Below are positions 9,613 to 17,063 of a DNA stretch of 64,000 nt, piece by piece. The stretch comes from an uncultured virus (IMG/VR IMGVR_UViG_3300010346_002377). Lineage: Duplodnaviria > Heunggongvirae > Uroviricota > Caudoviricetes. Both the position numbers and the translations under genes were made by a program. The notes below the pieces were generated by a model. The model did no database searches and had not been told where the DNA came from. It worked only from the letters and a program-made list of their open reading frames with translations. Within the stretch, counting starts at the first letter, position 1; every line of letters begins with the position of its first letter. The DNA lies in IMG/VR virus record IMGVR_UViG_3300010346_002377. One strand, written 5' to 3'.

Positions 9613-10041
9613 ATGAAGAACATGCGGGAGATCGTCGCGTCGCTCGACGCGCTGAAAACCCTCGACGGACAACGCGCCTACCGGGAGTGGGCCATGGACC
9701 CTCGAACCGCGACGTACCTTACGCTCGTTGCGGACTTGCTGCAGCCGCCGCCCTTGTCGGAGGACCAGCTGTCGAAGACGCACGCCACGCTCAACGCCCT
9801 CGTTCGCAGGGAGCTGATCGAGTCGTTCGTCGACCTTGCTTTCCGGCTGGAGTCTGTCGATCTCGGCGGCGACTCCGCCGCACCCGATCCGGACTACGGG
9901 TCGGACGACGAACTTGCGCGAGTGCGCGAAGAAATTCGGGTGCTCACCCAGCGGGCTTCCGAGCGTGTAGCGATGCTGGACAAGCCGGTTCCCGCGCCGG
10001 CGTCAACGCCAAAGCGGAGAAAGAAGACAACCCATGAGTAA
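9613..10041 (+). CDS. Hypothetical head-morphogenesis protein
   Basis: RBS AGGAG; lies between portal and scaffold. Confidence 0.6.
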   Translation: MKNMREIVASLDALKTLDGQRAYREWAMDPRTATYLTLVADLLQPPPLSEDQLSKTHATLNALVRRELIESFVDLAFRLESVDLGGDSAAPDPDYGSDDELARVREEIRVLTQRASERVAMLDKPVPAPASTPKRRKKTTHE

Positions 10042-11233
10042 CGAAGAACCCCAGGAAGCCGGCGGAGTGGATGCCGCCATGCAGATGTTCGAGTCGATGG
10101 ACTCCGGAGGCGGGGCCCCGCTGGCCGCGTTCTCCCGTCCCGACTCGCAACCAAAACCGCAGCCGGAACAGCAGCCGGAACAGCAGCCGGAACAGCAGCC
10201 GGAACAGCAGCCGGCCGCCCCCGCTTCGGGAGGCCCCATGCTGGACCCGCCTGCATCGCCCCCGGGAGCGCAGCCCGTCGTGGACGTCCCCGACCACGTC
10301 GTCCGCAAGGGCGACAAGGCCATCGCGACGTGGAAGCAGCTCTACGCCGAGCTCGACTCGTACAAGTCGAAGGTCGTCGAGATCGAGCAGGACCGCGAGC
10401 TGAAGGACGCCCGCCTGCGCGAGCTCGAGGAGCAGCTCGGCAAGGCGCCGAAGGAAGCCGACCTCGAGGCCGCCCGCAAACGCGCGGCAGAGCTGGAGGA
10501 CGAGCTCGGCAAGATCGACGTCGCGCGGAGCCCTCGGTTCCAGGAGATGTACGAGAAACCGATTCGCGAGCTGTTCGGCAAGGTCGTCCAGCAATTTATG
10601 AAGGCCGGACATCCGCAGGAGCTCGCCGTGCAGAAGGCGCGGCTCGTGTTCAAGCCCGGCATGCAGGACCCGCAGGCCATCGCCCAGGTGCTCGAGGACG
10701 AATCGTCCCTCGTTGTCGGGGCGGTCAGCGCGCTCCTCGACGAGCGCGAGGTGCTCGCCCAGCGCCGCGAGGACGCCCTCGAAAACTGGCGGCAGGAGCA
10801 GGCCGCAGGAGCGGAAGACATGAAGCGCCGCGAGGCCGCAACAATCAGCGAACAGCTGAACAAGCACGCCGCCGCCGGGTTTGGCCGCGCCTTGAAGGAG
10901 GGCTCGTGGCTGTACAAGGAAGGCGTCGACGACAACTGGAACAACGGGGTGAAGGCCCGGAAGGACGCCGTCATGGGATTCATCCGCGGCGGCAAGCCGG
11001 ACGAGCTGGCCTACCTCGTGGCCGAGGGCGTCGCCGCTCCGACCTACCGGCAGCTGGCGAACAGGTACAAGGCCGAGGCGGACGACCTCCGCGACCAGCT
11101 TGCCCGGGTTGGCGGGAATCGTCCCGGCATCGGGTACAGTTCCGCGCCGCCGGCTGCGTCCGGCGCCGCCCCGCAGCAGCCGGCTCCGACCAGCTTCCGC
11201 GACGTGATCGACCGGGAGTGGTCCGACATGTAG
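10034..11233 (+). CDS. Capsid scaffolding protein
   Basis: Disordered Pro/Gln N-terminus, long charged coiled coils, short C-terminal helix, directly upstream of the MCP gene. Confidence 0.75.
   Translation: MSNEEPQEAGGVDAAMQMFESMDSGGGAPLAAFSRPDSQPKPQPEQQPEQQPEQQPEQQPAAPASGGPMLDPPASPPGAQPVVDVPDHVVRKGDKAIATWKQLYAELDSYKSKVVEIEQDRELKDARLRELEEQLGKAPKEADLEAARKRAAELEDELGKIDVARSPRFQEMYEKPIRELFGKVVQQFMKAGHPQELAVQKARLVFKPGMQDPQAIAQVLEDESSLVVGAVSALLDEREVLAQRREDALENWRQEQAAGAEDMKRREAATISEQLNKHAAAGFGRALKEGSWLYKEGVDDNWNNGVKARKDAVMGFIRGGKPDELAYLVAEGVAAPTYRQLANRYKAEADDLRDQLARVGGNRPGIGYSSAPPAASGAAPQQPAPTSFRDVIDREWSDM
10159..10214 (+). repeat. 12-bp tandem repeat (GCAGCCGGAACA x about 4.7) encoding QPEQ
   Basis: Exact tandem copies read directly from the sequence. 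Confidence 0.95.
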
Positions 11234-11250
11234 GCCGGCGCTTGCCGACG

Positions 11251-11276
11251 ACCCCCGGGTTCGCCCGGGGGTTTTT
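11251..11276 (+). terminator. Rho-independent terminator after the scaffold gene
   Basis: ACCCCCGGG-TTCG-CCCGGGGGT followed by TTTT. Confidence 0.85.
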
Positions 11277-11285
11277 CGTCTAGGC

Positions 11286-11314
11286 TTGACACAACTCGCC
11301 AACTCTGCTACCTT
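11286..11314 (+). promoter_or_regulatory. Sigma70-like promoter for the capsid operon
   Basis: TTGACA-N17-TACCTT with extended TG, directly after the terminator. Confidence 0.7.
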
Positions 11315-11467
11315 TGCGATAGATCGTAATTCCAGCAGTTGATCTAGCTGGCCAAAACCCCAGCGGCGGGGCAGACGCTGAACTCCGATTGCGTCGTCGG
11401 AAACAAACATGACGGTTCCTCGAGCGAGGGCTGTGATCTTTCAACCAATGACCCAAGGAGTAATCCA

Positions 11468-13114
11468 ATGTCCCATGTAGTTGCAATGCCGACTGTCGGC
11501 ACCACGGTAAACGAGCGCCTGCTCCAAGTCGACAACAAGCTCATCCGCATGGCCGAGCACATCGCCGACTTCCTCAAAGACGGCCAGAAGAAGCGCCCCC
11601 GCGCCTGGCGCGATCTCGTGAAGTACGGCTCGTTCGTTCCCTTCCAGGGCGAACAGCAAACCACGAACATTTTCCGAGGCTCCATCGGCGAGCAGTACGG
11701 CCTCGACGGCTGGCTGAAGGCCGAAGCCTCGCGGCGCGGAGTGAACGGCGGGGTCGCCGCGCACGACCGCGGCACCTATGCCCCGAAGACCTACGACTGG
11801 GCGATCGAGTCGCTCGGAATGCTGGGCCCCTTCACCCGCAGCTGGAAGTCCCCCACGGTCGCCGTGTACGACTTTATGACCGCGGACAAGGCCAAGGAAC
11901 AGTTCGCCATGATCCTGAAGGCCGGCGAGCAGGTCGTCTCCGACACCCGTGAAGTGTTCCAACGCGAAATGTACATGTACTTCGCCTCCAAGGCGGGTCG
12001 TTGCTTGATCGCGTCCGAAGGCTTCAACGAGTTCGTGGACAGCGCCGAAAACCGGTTCACCTTCGACCCGTTCTACGTCGACTCCGACGGCGACCAGGTC
12101 ATCATGATCCCGGCTTCGAAGCTCTCCAAGGTGTCGACGCTCAGCTGGAGCTGGCTCGACTTCCTGAAGAGCTGGCTGACGGAAGAGTGCCCCGACGCGG
12201 CCGTCGGAACGGATTCCGGAATGCCCGTGTTCGGCGCCATGCTCGACAAGAACGAGTTCGAGAAGATGGTCTACAACGACGCGAACCTGCGCGAAGATTT
12301 CCGCTTCGCCATGCCGCAGGCCCTGATCAAGGGCTTCGACATGAACTTCAAGGTGTACCGCGGCATCGCCCTGATGCACGACTCGGCCCAGCCCCGCTGG
12401 GACGTGAAGAGCATCAAGCCCGCGGCCACGGATCCCGCGACCCCGGTCGACATGGCCGTCTTGAAGCGCGTGGCGCCCCAGCGCCTCGGTCGCACGGTGG
12501 CCATCGGCCGCGTGCCCGAAGCCAACCCCGAGTATCTGAACGCCGAGTTCGGATTCATCGTGATGTACATCAAGGACGTGTACAGCGTCCTGGTGCCGCC
12601 GGTGATCACGAGCCTCGGTTCCGGGATGAACTTCGGTCCCGCGCCGGGATACAACGGCCAATGGACCTGGCTGAACATTCGCGATGCGGTCATCAACCCG
12701 CTGAACGAAATCGGCCACTTCTTCTGCCGGTTCGAGTACCGCCCGAAACCCGAAGAGAACGCGATGAACCCCATCGTGGTCCTCTACCGGCGCTGCCCGC
12801 ACACGGTGATCACGACCTGCGCCCTGGACACCAAGCTCGGTGCGCCCGCGCTGACCTCCGCCACCGCGGTGGAAAGCATCGCGATCGCCGACGGCGCGGA
12901 CACCTCGGCCACGTCCACCGCGTTCGCGGTGACCTTGTCCGAAACGGCGGCTCTGACGATGGGTCAGCCCGTCACGCTGACGGACGCCTCCTCGAACGCC
13001 TTCAGCGGCTACATCGCTTCGACGTCGGCCGCTCCGACGTACGTGGTGATGGGGGCCGAGGCGGTCTCGGCGTTCAACATCACGGACACCCCGGTCACGA
13101 TCGTCAAGGCATAA
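11468..13114 (+). CDS. Major capsid protein with C-terminal Thr/Ala-rich beta extension
   Basis: Follows the scaffold gene, has its own promoter and strong RBS AAGGAG, highly biased codons, 548 aa, followed by a strong hairpin. Confidence 0.8.
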   Translation: MSHVVAMPTVGTTVNERLLQVDNKLIRMAEHIADFLKDGQKKRPRAWRDLVKYGSFVPFQGEQQTTNIFRGSIGEQYGLDGWLKAEASRRGVNGGVAAHDRGTYAPKTYDWAIESLGMLGPFTRSWKSPTVAVYDFMTADKAKEQFAMILKAGEQVVSDTREVFQREMYMYFASKAGRCLIASEGFNEFVDSAENRFTFDPFYVDSDGDQVIMIPASKLSKVSTLSWSWLDFLKSWLTEECPDAAVGTDSGMPVFGAMLDKNEFEKMVYNDANLREDFRFAMPQALIKGFDMNFKVYRGIALMHDSAQPRWDVKSIKPAATDPATPVDMAVLKRVAPQRLGRTVAIGRVPEANPEYLNAEFGFIVMYIKDVYSVLVPPVITSLGSGMNFGPAPGYNGQWTWLNIRDAVINPLNEIGHFFCRFEYRPKPEENAMNPIVVLYRRCPHTVITTCALDTKLGAPALTSATAVESIAIADGADTSATSTAFAVTLSETAALTMGQPVTLTDASSNAFSGYIASTSAAPTYVVMGAEAVSAFNITDTPVTIVKA

Positions 13115-13120
13115 CCAATT

Positions 13121-13146
13121 CCCGGGGCCGGGCAACCGGCCCCGGG
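13121..13146 (+). other. 11-bp GC hairpin with GCAA tetraloop after MCP (mRNA stabiliser/processing site)
   Basis: CCCGGGGCCGG-GCAA-CCGGCCCCGGG with no U-tract. Confidence 0.7.
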
Positions 13147-13168
13147 GCAACCATAAGGAACACACATC

Positions 13169-13474
13169 ATGGCAGCGAAACTCATTCTTCTGGCGGTCGA
13201 AACCTGGAACTCCGGGACGGGCGCGACCACGGGCGCGGTCAAAGTCGCGGACATCGTCGACTACCGCACCTACGTCAACGACCACGGCGAAACGGTCAGC
13301 CTGATCGAAACGACCTCCGGGATGCTCCCGGCGATCGCGATCACGCAGAGCTACAGCGCGAACGTGGCCTCCCTTCCCGCGCCCGAGCACACGGCCGCGA
13401 ACGTCCCCACGGCCCACGCGACCCCGACGGTCGATCCGTTGGGCGACCAGTACCGCGGCTCCTCGTTCCCGTAG
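13169..13474 (+). CDS. Small virion protein (possible capsid decoration/auxiliary protein)
   Basis: RBS TAAGGA; lies between MCP and the terminator, so probably co-transcribed with MCP. Confidence 0.55.
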   Translation: MAAKLILLAVETWNSGTGATTGAVKVADIVDYRTYVNDHGETVSLIETTSGMLPAIAITQSYSANVASLPAPEHTAANVPTAHATPTVDPLGDQYRGSSFP

Positions 13475-13482
13475 TCCGCGAA

Positions 13483-13529
13483 GGAACCCGGGCGACCTGG
13501 TCCCCAGTCGCCCGGGGTCCGTTTTGTTT
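13483..13529 (+). terminator. Rho-independent terminator of the capsid operon
   Basis: CCCGGGCGAC...GTCGCCCGGG stem followed by GTTTTGTTT. Confidence 0.7.
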
Positions 13530-13596
13530 CTGGCGCTCGCCGGGTTGCCTCCGCGTGGTTGGTCTCCGCGCGCGCTTGCGCCCCCTGGCGAGCCCT

Positions 13597-13624
13597 TTGC
13601 ATTCGCGGGACGGACTGGTAGACT
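13597..13624 (+). promoter_or_regulatory. Sigma70-like promoter for the tail operon
   Basis: TTGCAT-N16-TAGACT with extended TG, ahead of RBS GAGAGGA and ATG 13649. Confidence 0.5.
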
Positions 13625-13648
13625 TGAACACCGAGAGGAACCGACGCT

Positions 13649-14359
13649 ATGAGAGGACCCGCATGCTACACGAACAGCTCCCCCGCCGAGGCGGAGGTTA
13701 CGATCAACGCGCCCGTCTACCAAATCGACGGCGCGACTTTTGGTTTTAGGAACGAGGCGTTCGAATACGCGGACTTGGTTCTCGCCGGCGCCGGCGTCGA
13801 CTGGCTCGCCCGGTTCGAGCTCGCGTATCCCCCGACCGACCCCGACTCCGTCGACGTGCGGCTCGGCGGAACGGCCAACCAGCGCCCCCTTATCGGCGGC
13901 CTCGACAAGGATTTCTCCGTCGACGGCAAAAACGTGTATCTATATTTTGCCCCCGCCGTTGGCGACGTCGTGTACGTCCGCTACGCCGCGGGCGTCGGCG
14001 ACGACGGCACGTCGCCGGACGGGACGGTCCCGGTCGGTACAATGTCCACCCGCGCCCTGAAAGACGGGGAGGCTGTGGACGACCCGTCCGCCGTCGACGT
14101 CGGCTACTGCCTCGCCGACGGATACTGCCGGTACTCCATCGCCCAGTATCCCGAGCTGTACGCGTTCGCCGCGGCGCACGGGCTCCTGGCGGAAGGCTCG
14201 CTTGCCACGGGCGCGACCTACGTCGTGCCGGTCGACCCGGACACGACGTTCGTGTTGAAGTATTTGATCCCGTACTCCTACGGAGAGCAGGGGCTGGACG
14301 ACGCCGGGCTCTTGTCCCCGCCCCGCAGCTCAACCCACCGCGTCCAGATCAAGGCGTAG
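13649..14359 (+). CDS. Tail protein with phage tail-collar domain
   Basis: VPVGTM...GYCLADGYCRYSIAQYPELYAF fits the tail-collar pattern (P.G.i...GwL.cdG....s...YP.Lf). Confidence 0.7.
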   Translation: MRGPACYTNSSPAEAEVTINAPVYQIDGATFGFRNEAFEYADLVLAGAGVDWLARFELAYPPTDPDSVDVRLGGTANQRPLIGGLDKDFSVDGKNVYLYFAPAVGDVVYVRYAAGVGDDGTSPDGTVPVGTMSTRALKDGEAVDDPSAVDVGYCLADGYCRYSIAQYPELYAFAAAHGLLAEGSLATGATYVVPVDPDTTFVLKYLIPYSYGEQGLDDAGLLSPPRSSTHRVQIKA

Positions 14360-14361
14360 CG

Positions 14362-14865
14362 GTGGGCCAGTTCGCGTCAACGCAGCGGGCGGAGATGCGC
14401 CGGAAGTTCGCGTTGGGCGAACAAGCCGACGCGCTCGAGCTCACGGCCGGGGAGCAGGCGGCGGCAATCGCCGGCCTGTCTTCCGGGCTGGCCGACGGCC
14501 TCGACCGCATCGGGGTCCTCGCAGGCCGCGCGGATGCCTCCGATGGGCGGCTCGCCGGCGCGGAGACGCGCCTGGACGGCGCGGAGACGCGCCTGGACGG
14601 CGCGGAGACGCGCCTGGACGGCGCCGAGTCCGGGTTGTCCGGGACGGGCGCCGCGCTGACGGCGCTCGCTTCGCGGGTTTCGCACGACAAATCCGATCTT
14701 CTGGCGGAGGTCGCCCGGCTGGACGGCCTGCTCCCGGAGCACCCGTTGCTTCCGGCGACTTTCGACGTCGTCGTCGCCGTTGACTTCGTCGGGTCGACGG
14801 TAACCAAGAAACGACTTTCGCTGGATACCAGGGGCCGCATAACCGCGATCGAGGACACAGTATGA
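14362..14865 (+). CDS. Coiled-coil tail fibre/stalk protein
   Basis: Heptad repeats (GAETRLD)x3 and C-terminal LDTRGRITAI fibre-like motif; ATGA overlap with the next gene. Confidence 0.6.
   Translation: MGQFASTQRAEMRRKFALGEQADALELTAGEQAAAIAGLSSGLADGLDRIGVLAGRADASDGRLAGAETRLDGAETRLDGAETRLDGAESGLSGTGAALTALASRVSHDKSDLLAEVARLDGLLPEHPLLPATFDVVVAVDFVGSTVTKKRLSLDTRGRITAIEDTV
14557..14624 (+). repeat. 21-bp tandem repeat (GGCGCGGAGACGCGCCTGGAC x3.2), one coiled-coil heptad per unit
   Basis: Exact copies start at 14557, 14578 and 14599. Confidence 0.95.
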
Positions 14866-17063
14866 GAATTTTCACCGCCTTCGTTTTTCTTGCCGCGGCC
14901 GCCGTTTCGCTCGGGCAGGGGCTTCGCTCCACCCCGTACGACCCGGTTACCCCGTACGACCACGTCGTCGAGCGCCGGCTGCGCGCGCTCGAAGGCGCCG
15001 CGGTTCCGGCCGCCCAGACGGGGCTTGTGTTGCGCGTGGAGACGAACACGGGCCAGTTCGCGACCTACACGCACCCCCGGAGCATCACGCTGGCGTCGTC
15101 CGGAGGCGTCCTGCGGGCGGTCACTTCTCCGTTCGCGGTCCCGACGAACGCCCACCCGACCGTGTGGTTCGAGCCTCCGTTGAACGCCGAAACCGACCCG
15201 GTCTTCACCAACTGGCTCGCCACCAGTCCCTCGCCGGTGTACGCCGAAACCGACCCGGTCTTCACCAACTGGCTCGCCACCAGTCCCTCGCCGGTGTACG
15301 CCGAAACCGACCCGGTCTTCACCAACTGGCTCGCCACCAGTCCCTCGCCGGTGTACGCCGAAACCGACCCGGTCTTCACCAACTGGCTCGCGGGCGCCCC
15401 GCTCGACCCCTACGTCCTCACGAACCATCTCGGGGAGGTGAGCATCGCCGGAGGGCTGTCGGTGTCCGGGGCCGGGATATGCGAGATAACCAACTACGTC
15501 GTGCGCTCCGTTGCCGTTTTCATGCCGCACGGGTCCGCCGTCGCCGGGGTCACGAACGGGGCGTTTTGGCGCCGGTCCGCGGGGGCGTGGCAGCCGGACG
15601 AGACGGTGTCGCTGCCGGCGGGGGCGCTGAAATACAGCCGTGGCGGCATGTGCGCCAGCGAGGACGGGGCGAATATCTACGCCCTTGTCGACATGGCGGA
15701 CATTCCCGGGGCCCCGGTCGACTCGAACGAGGTGTTCCGTCTTGGCGCTTCCGGGTGGGAGCCTGCCGGGTTGACCGGCATATTTGACAGCGTCGCGTGT
15801 TCTCTGGACGGGGAAACGCTGGTGGTCGCTCCGCTGAGCGGCTATTCTGGCGCGGGCACCACGTTGTGGTACCGCGCGCACTCCACGTCTGGCTGGGTTC
15901 GCAGCGAATCGCTTGGGCCGCCCCTCGCGCTTGTCCCGGACGGGTCGGGGGTCTACGCCGTCGACCAAGGCACCCGGGAGCTTTCGTTCCTGTCGCTTCC
16001 GGACGGCGCGGTCTCGGCTGTGGCCGGCGGCCCGCTTTCTCTTGGGTCCGTTTCTCGTGTCGCCGCGGGCTCGGATGGGCTGGTGTACGTCGGGACCTCG
16101 AACGGGTTTTGGCGGTACGAGGACGGGGCTTGGTCCGAGCTGCTCGCGCGCGACGTGCTCGGCGGGGACTCTTCGAATTCTTTTCGGGTGGAGGCGTTGG
16201 CCGTGGCCCCTTCCGGCGGGGTTGTTTGGGTTAGCGGGGGCCCGCTCGGCCCCACAATTTCTACGCGTGCGTACCGGGCCGTCGGCGGCGGGGCCTGGGC
16301 GCCGGTAATGCTTTATGGGTCCTCCATTGTCCCGTCGTCGTTTTGGAAAATCTCCCCGGACGGAAAATTTATGCTTGCGCACACGGCTGCCTCCTGCGGG
16401 GCCGACACGGGCGAGCGGCTTGTTGGGTTCGACGACCTTTCCGCCGGCCGGCTTAGCGTAACGGGGCCGCTCATCGTCGGGAACAACCACAACGTGGCCG
16501 ACGAATTGCACGCGTTTTGGATGTTTTCCCAGCGCTACGCGATAAAGAGCTACAACATCGCGAGCCCGTACGCCAAGTTTCATTCGACGAACTCCGCCGC
16601 CACCGTGTTTCCAACCACCTCGGCGTGGCACGCCGTGGAGTTCGACTTCTCGCCGGGCTCGGAAAACTTCGGGCCCATCGTGCTGACGAACGCCACCACC
16701 GTCGAGTTCGGGTTCTCCGGCCACGTCGAAATAAACGGGTGCCTGCGGGCGCAGTGGCGGGGGGCCGACAACACCACGGCGTGGCTCGCGTCGCGGATCG
16801 TGTACTCCACGAACGCGTGGGCCACGACCAACGAGGCCCGCTGCCTGCAGGCGTTCATTTCCCGCGCGCGCCAGGCCAACGAGCTCGCGACGCTCCCGTA
16901 CGCCGGCAGCCTGACGGTTACGAACGGGACGCAGATCCGGCTGGAGGCCAGCGTCAGCGCGACAAACATGGTGTTGTCGTTGAACCCGCTGTTCGCCAAC
17001 CCGGTAAAGGCGACCATAAACATATTCACGGCCGGTGCCGAGCCCCGCATGGGAGTTTGGTAA
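14862..17063 (+). CDS. Signal-peptide-bearing tail fibre/receptor-binding-like protein (ETDP repeats, beta-propeller-like centre, C1q-like tip)
   Basis: MRIFTAFVFLAAAAVSLG-Q signal, AETDPVFTNWLA repeats, repeated S/PDG blade turns with W-x-x ends, C-terminal beta-sandwich. Confidence 0.6.
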   Translation: MRIFTAFVFLAAAAVSLGQGLRSTPYDPVTPYDHVVERRLRALEGAAVPAAQTGLVLRVETNTGQFATYTHPRSITLASSGGVLRAVTSPFAVPTNAHPTVWFEPPLNAETDPVFTNWLATSPSPVYAETDPVFTNWLATSPSPVYAETDPVFTNWLATSPSPVYAETDPVFTNWLAGAPLDPYVLTNHLGEVSIAGGLSVSGAGICEITNYVVRSVAVFMPHGSAVAGVTNGAFWRRSAGAWQPDETVSLPAGALKYSRGGMCASEDGANIYALVDMADIPGAPVDSNEVFRLGASGWEPAGLTGIFDSVACSLDGETLVVAPLSGYSGAGTTLWYRAHSTSGWVRSESLGPPLALVPDGSGVYAVDQGTRELSFLSLPDGAVSAVAGGPLSLGSVSRVAAGSDGLVYVGTSNGFWRYEDGAWSELLARDVLGGDSSNSFRVEALAVAPSGGVVWVSGGPLGPTISTRAYRAVGGGAWAPVMLYGSSIVPSSFWKISPDGKFMLAHTAASCGADTGERLVGFDDLSAGRLSVTGPLIVGNNHNVADELHAFWMFSQRYAIKSYNIASPYAKFHSTNSAATVFPTTSAWHAVEFDFSPGSENFGPIVLTNATTVEFGFSGHVEINGCLRAQWRGADNTTAWLASRIVYSTNAWATTNEARCLQAFISRARQANELATLPYAGSLTVTNGTQIRLEASVSATNMVLSLNPLFANPVKATINIFTAGAEPRMGVW
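15184..15391 (+). repeat. 57-bp tandem repeat x3.6 encoding YAETDPVFTNWLATSPSPV
   Basis: Identical contiguous units start at 15184, 15241, 15298 and 15355 (last one partial), with no spacers. Confidence 0.95.

Noticed and set aside
13121..13146. Hairpin after MCP as an intrinsic terminator
   Set aside because: No U-tract follows; the likely terminator is after the next gene at 13483-13529.
15184..15391. 57-bp repeats as a CRISPR array or DGR template/variable repeat
   Set aside because: The units are contiguous, identical and in frame, with no spacers and no adenine-specific variation, and no reverse transcriptase is present in the window.
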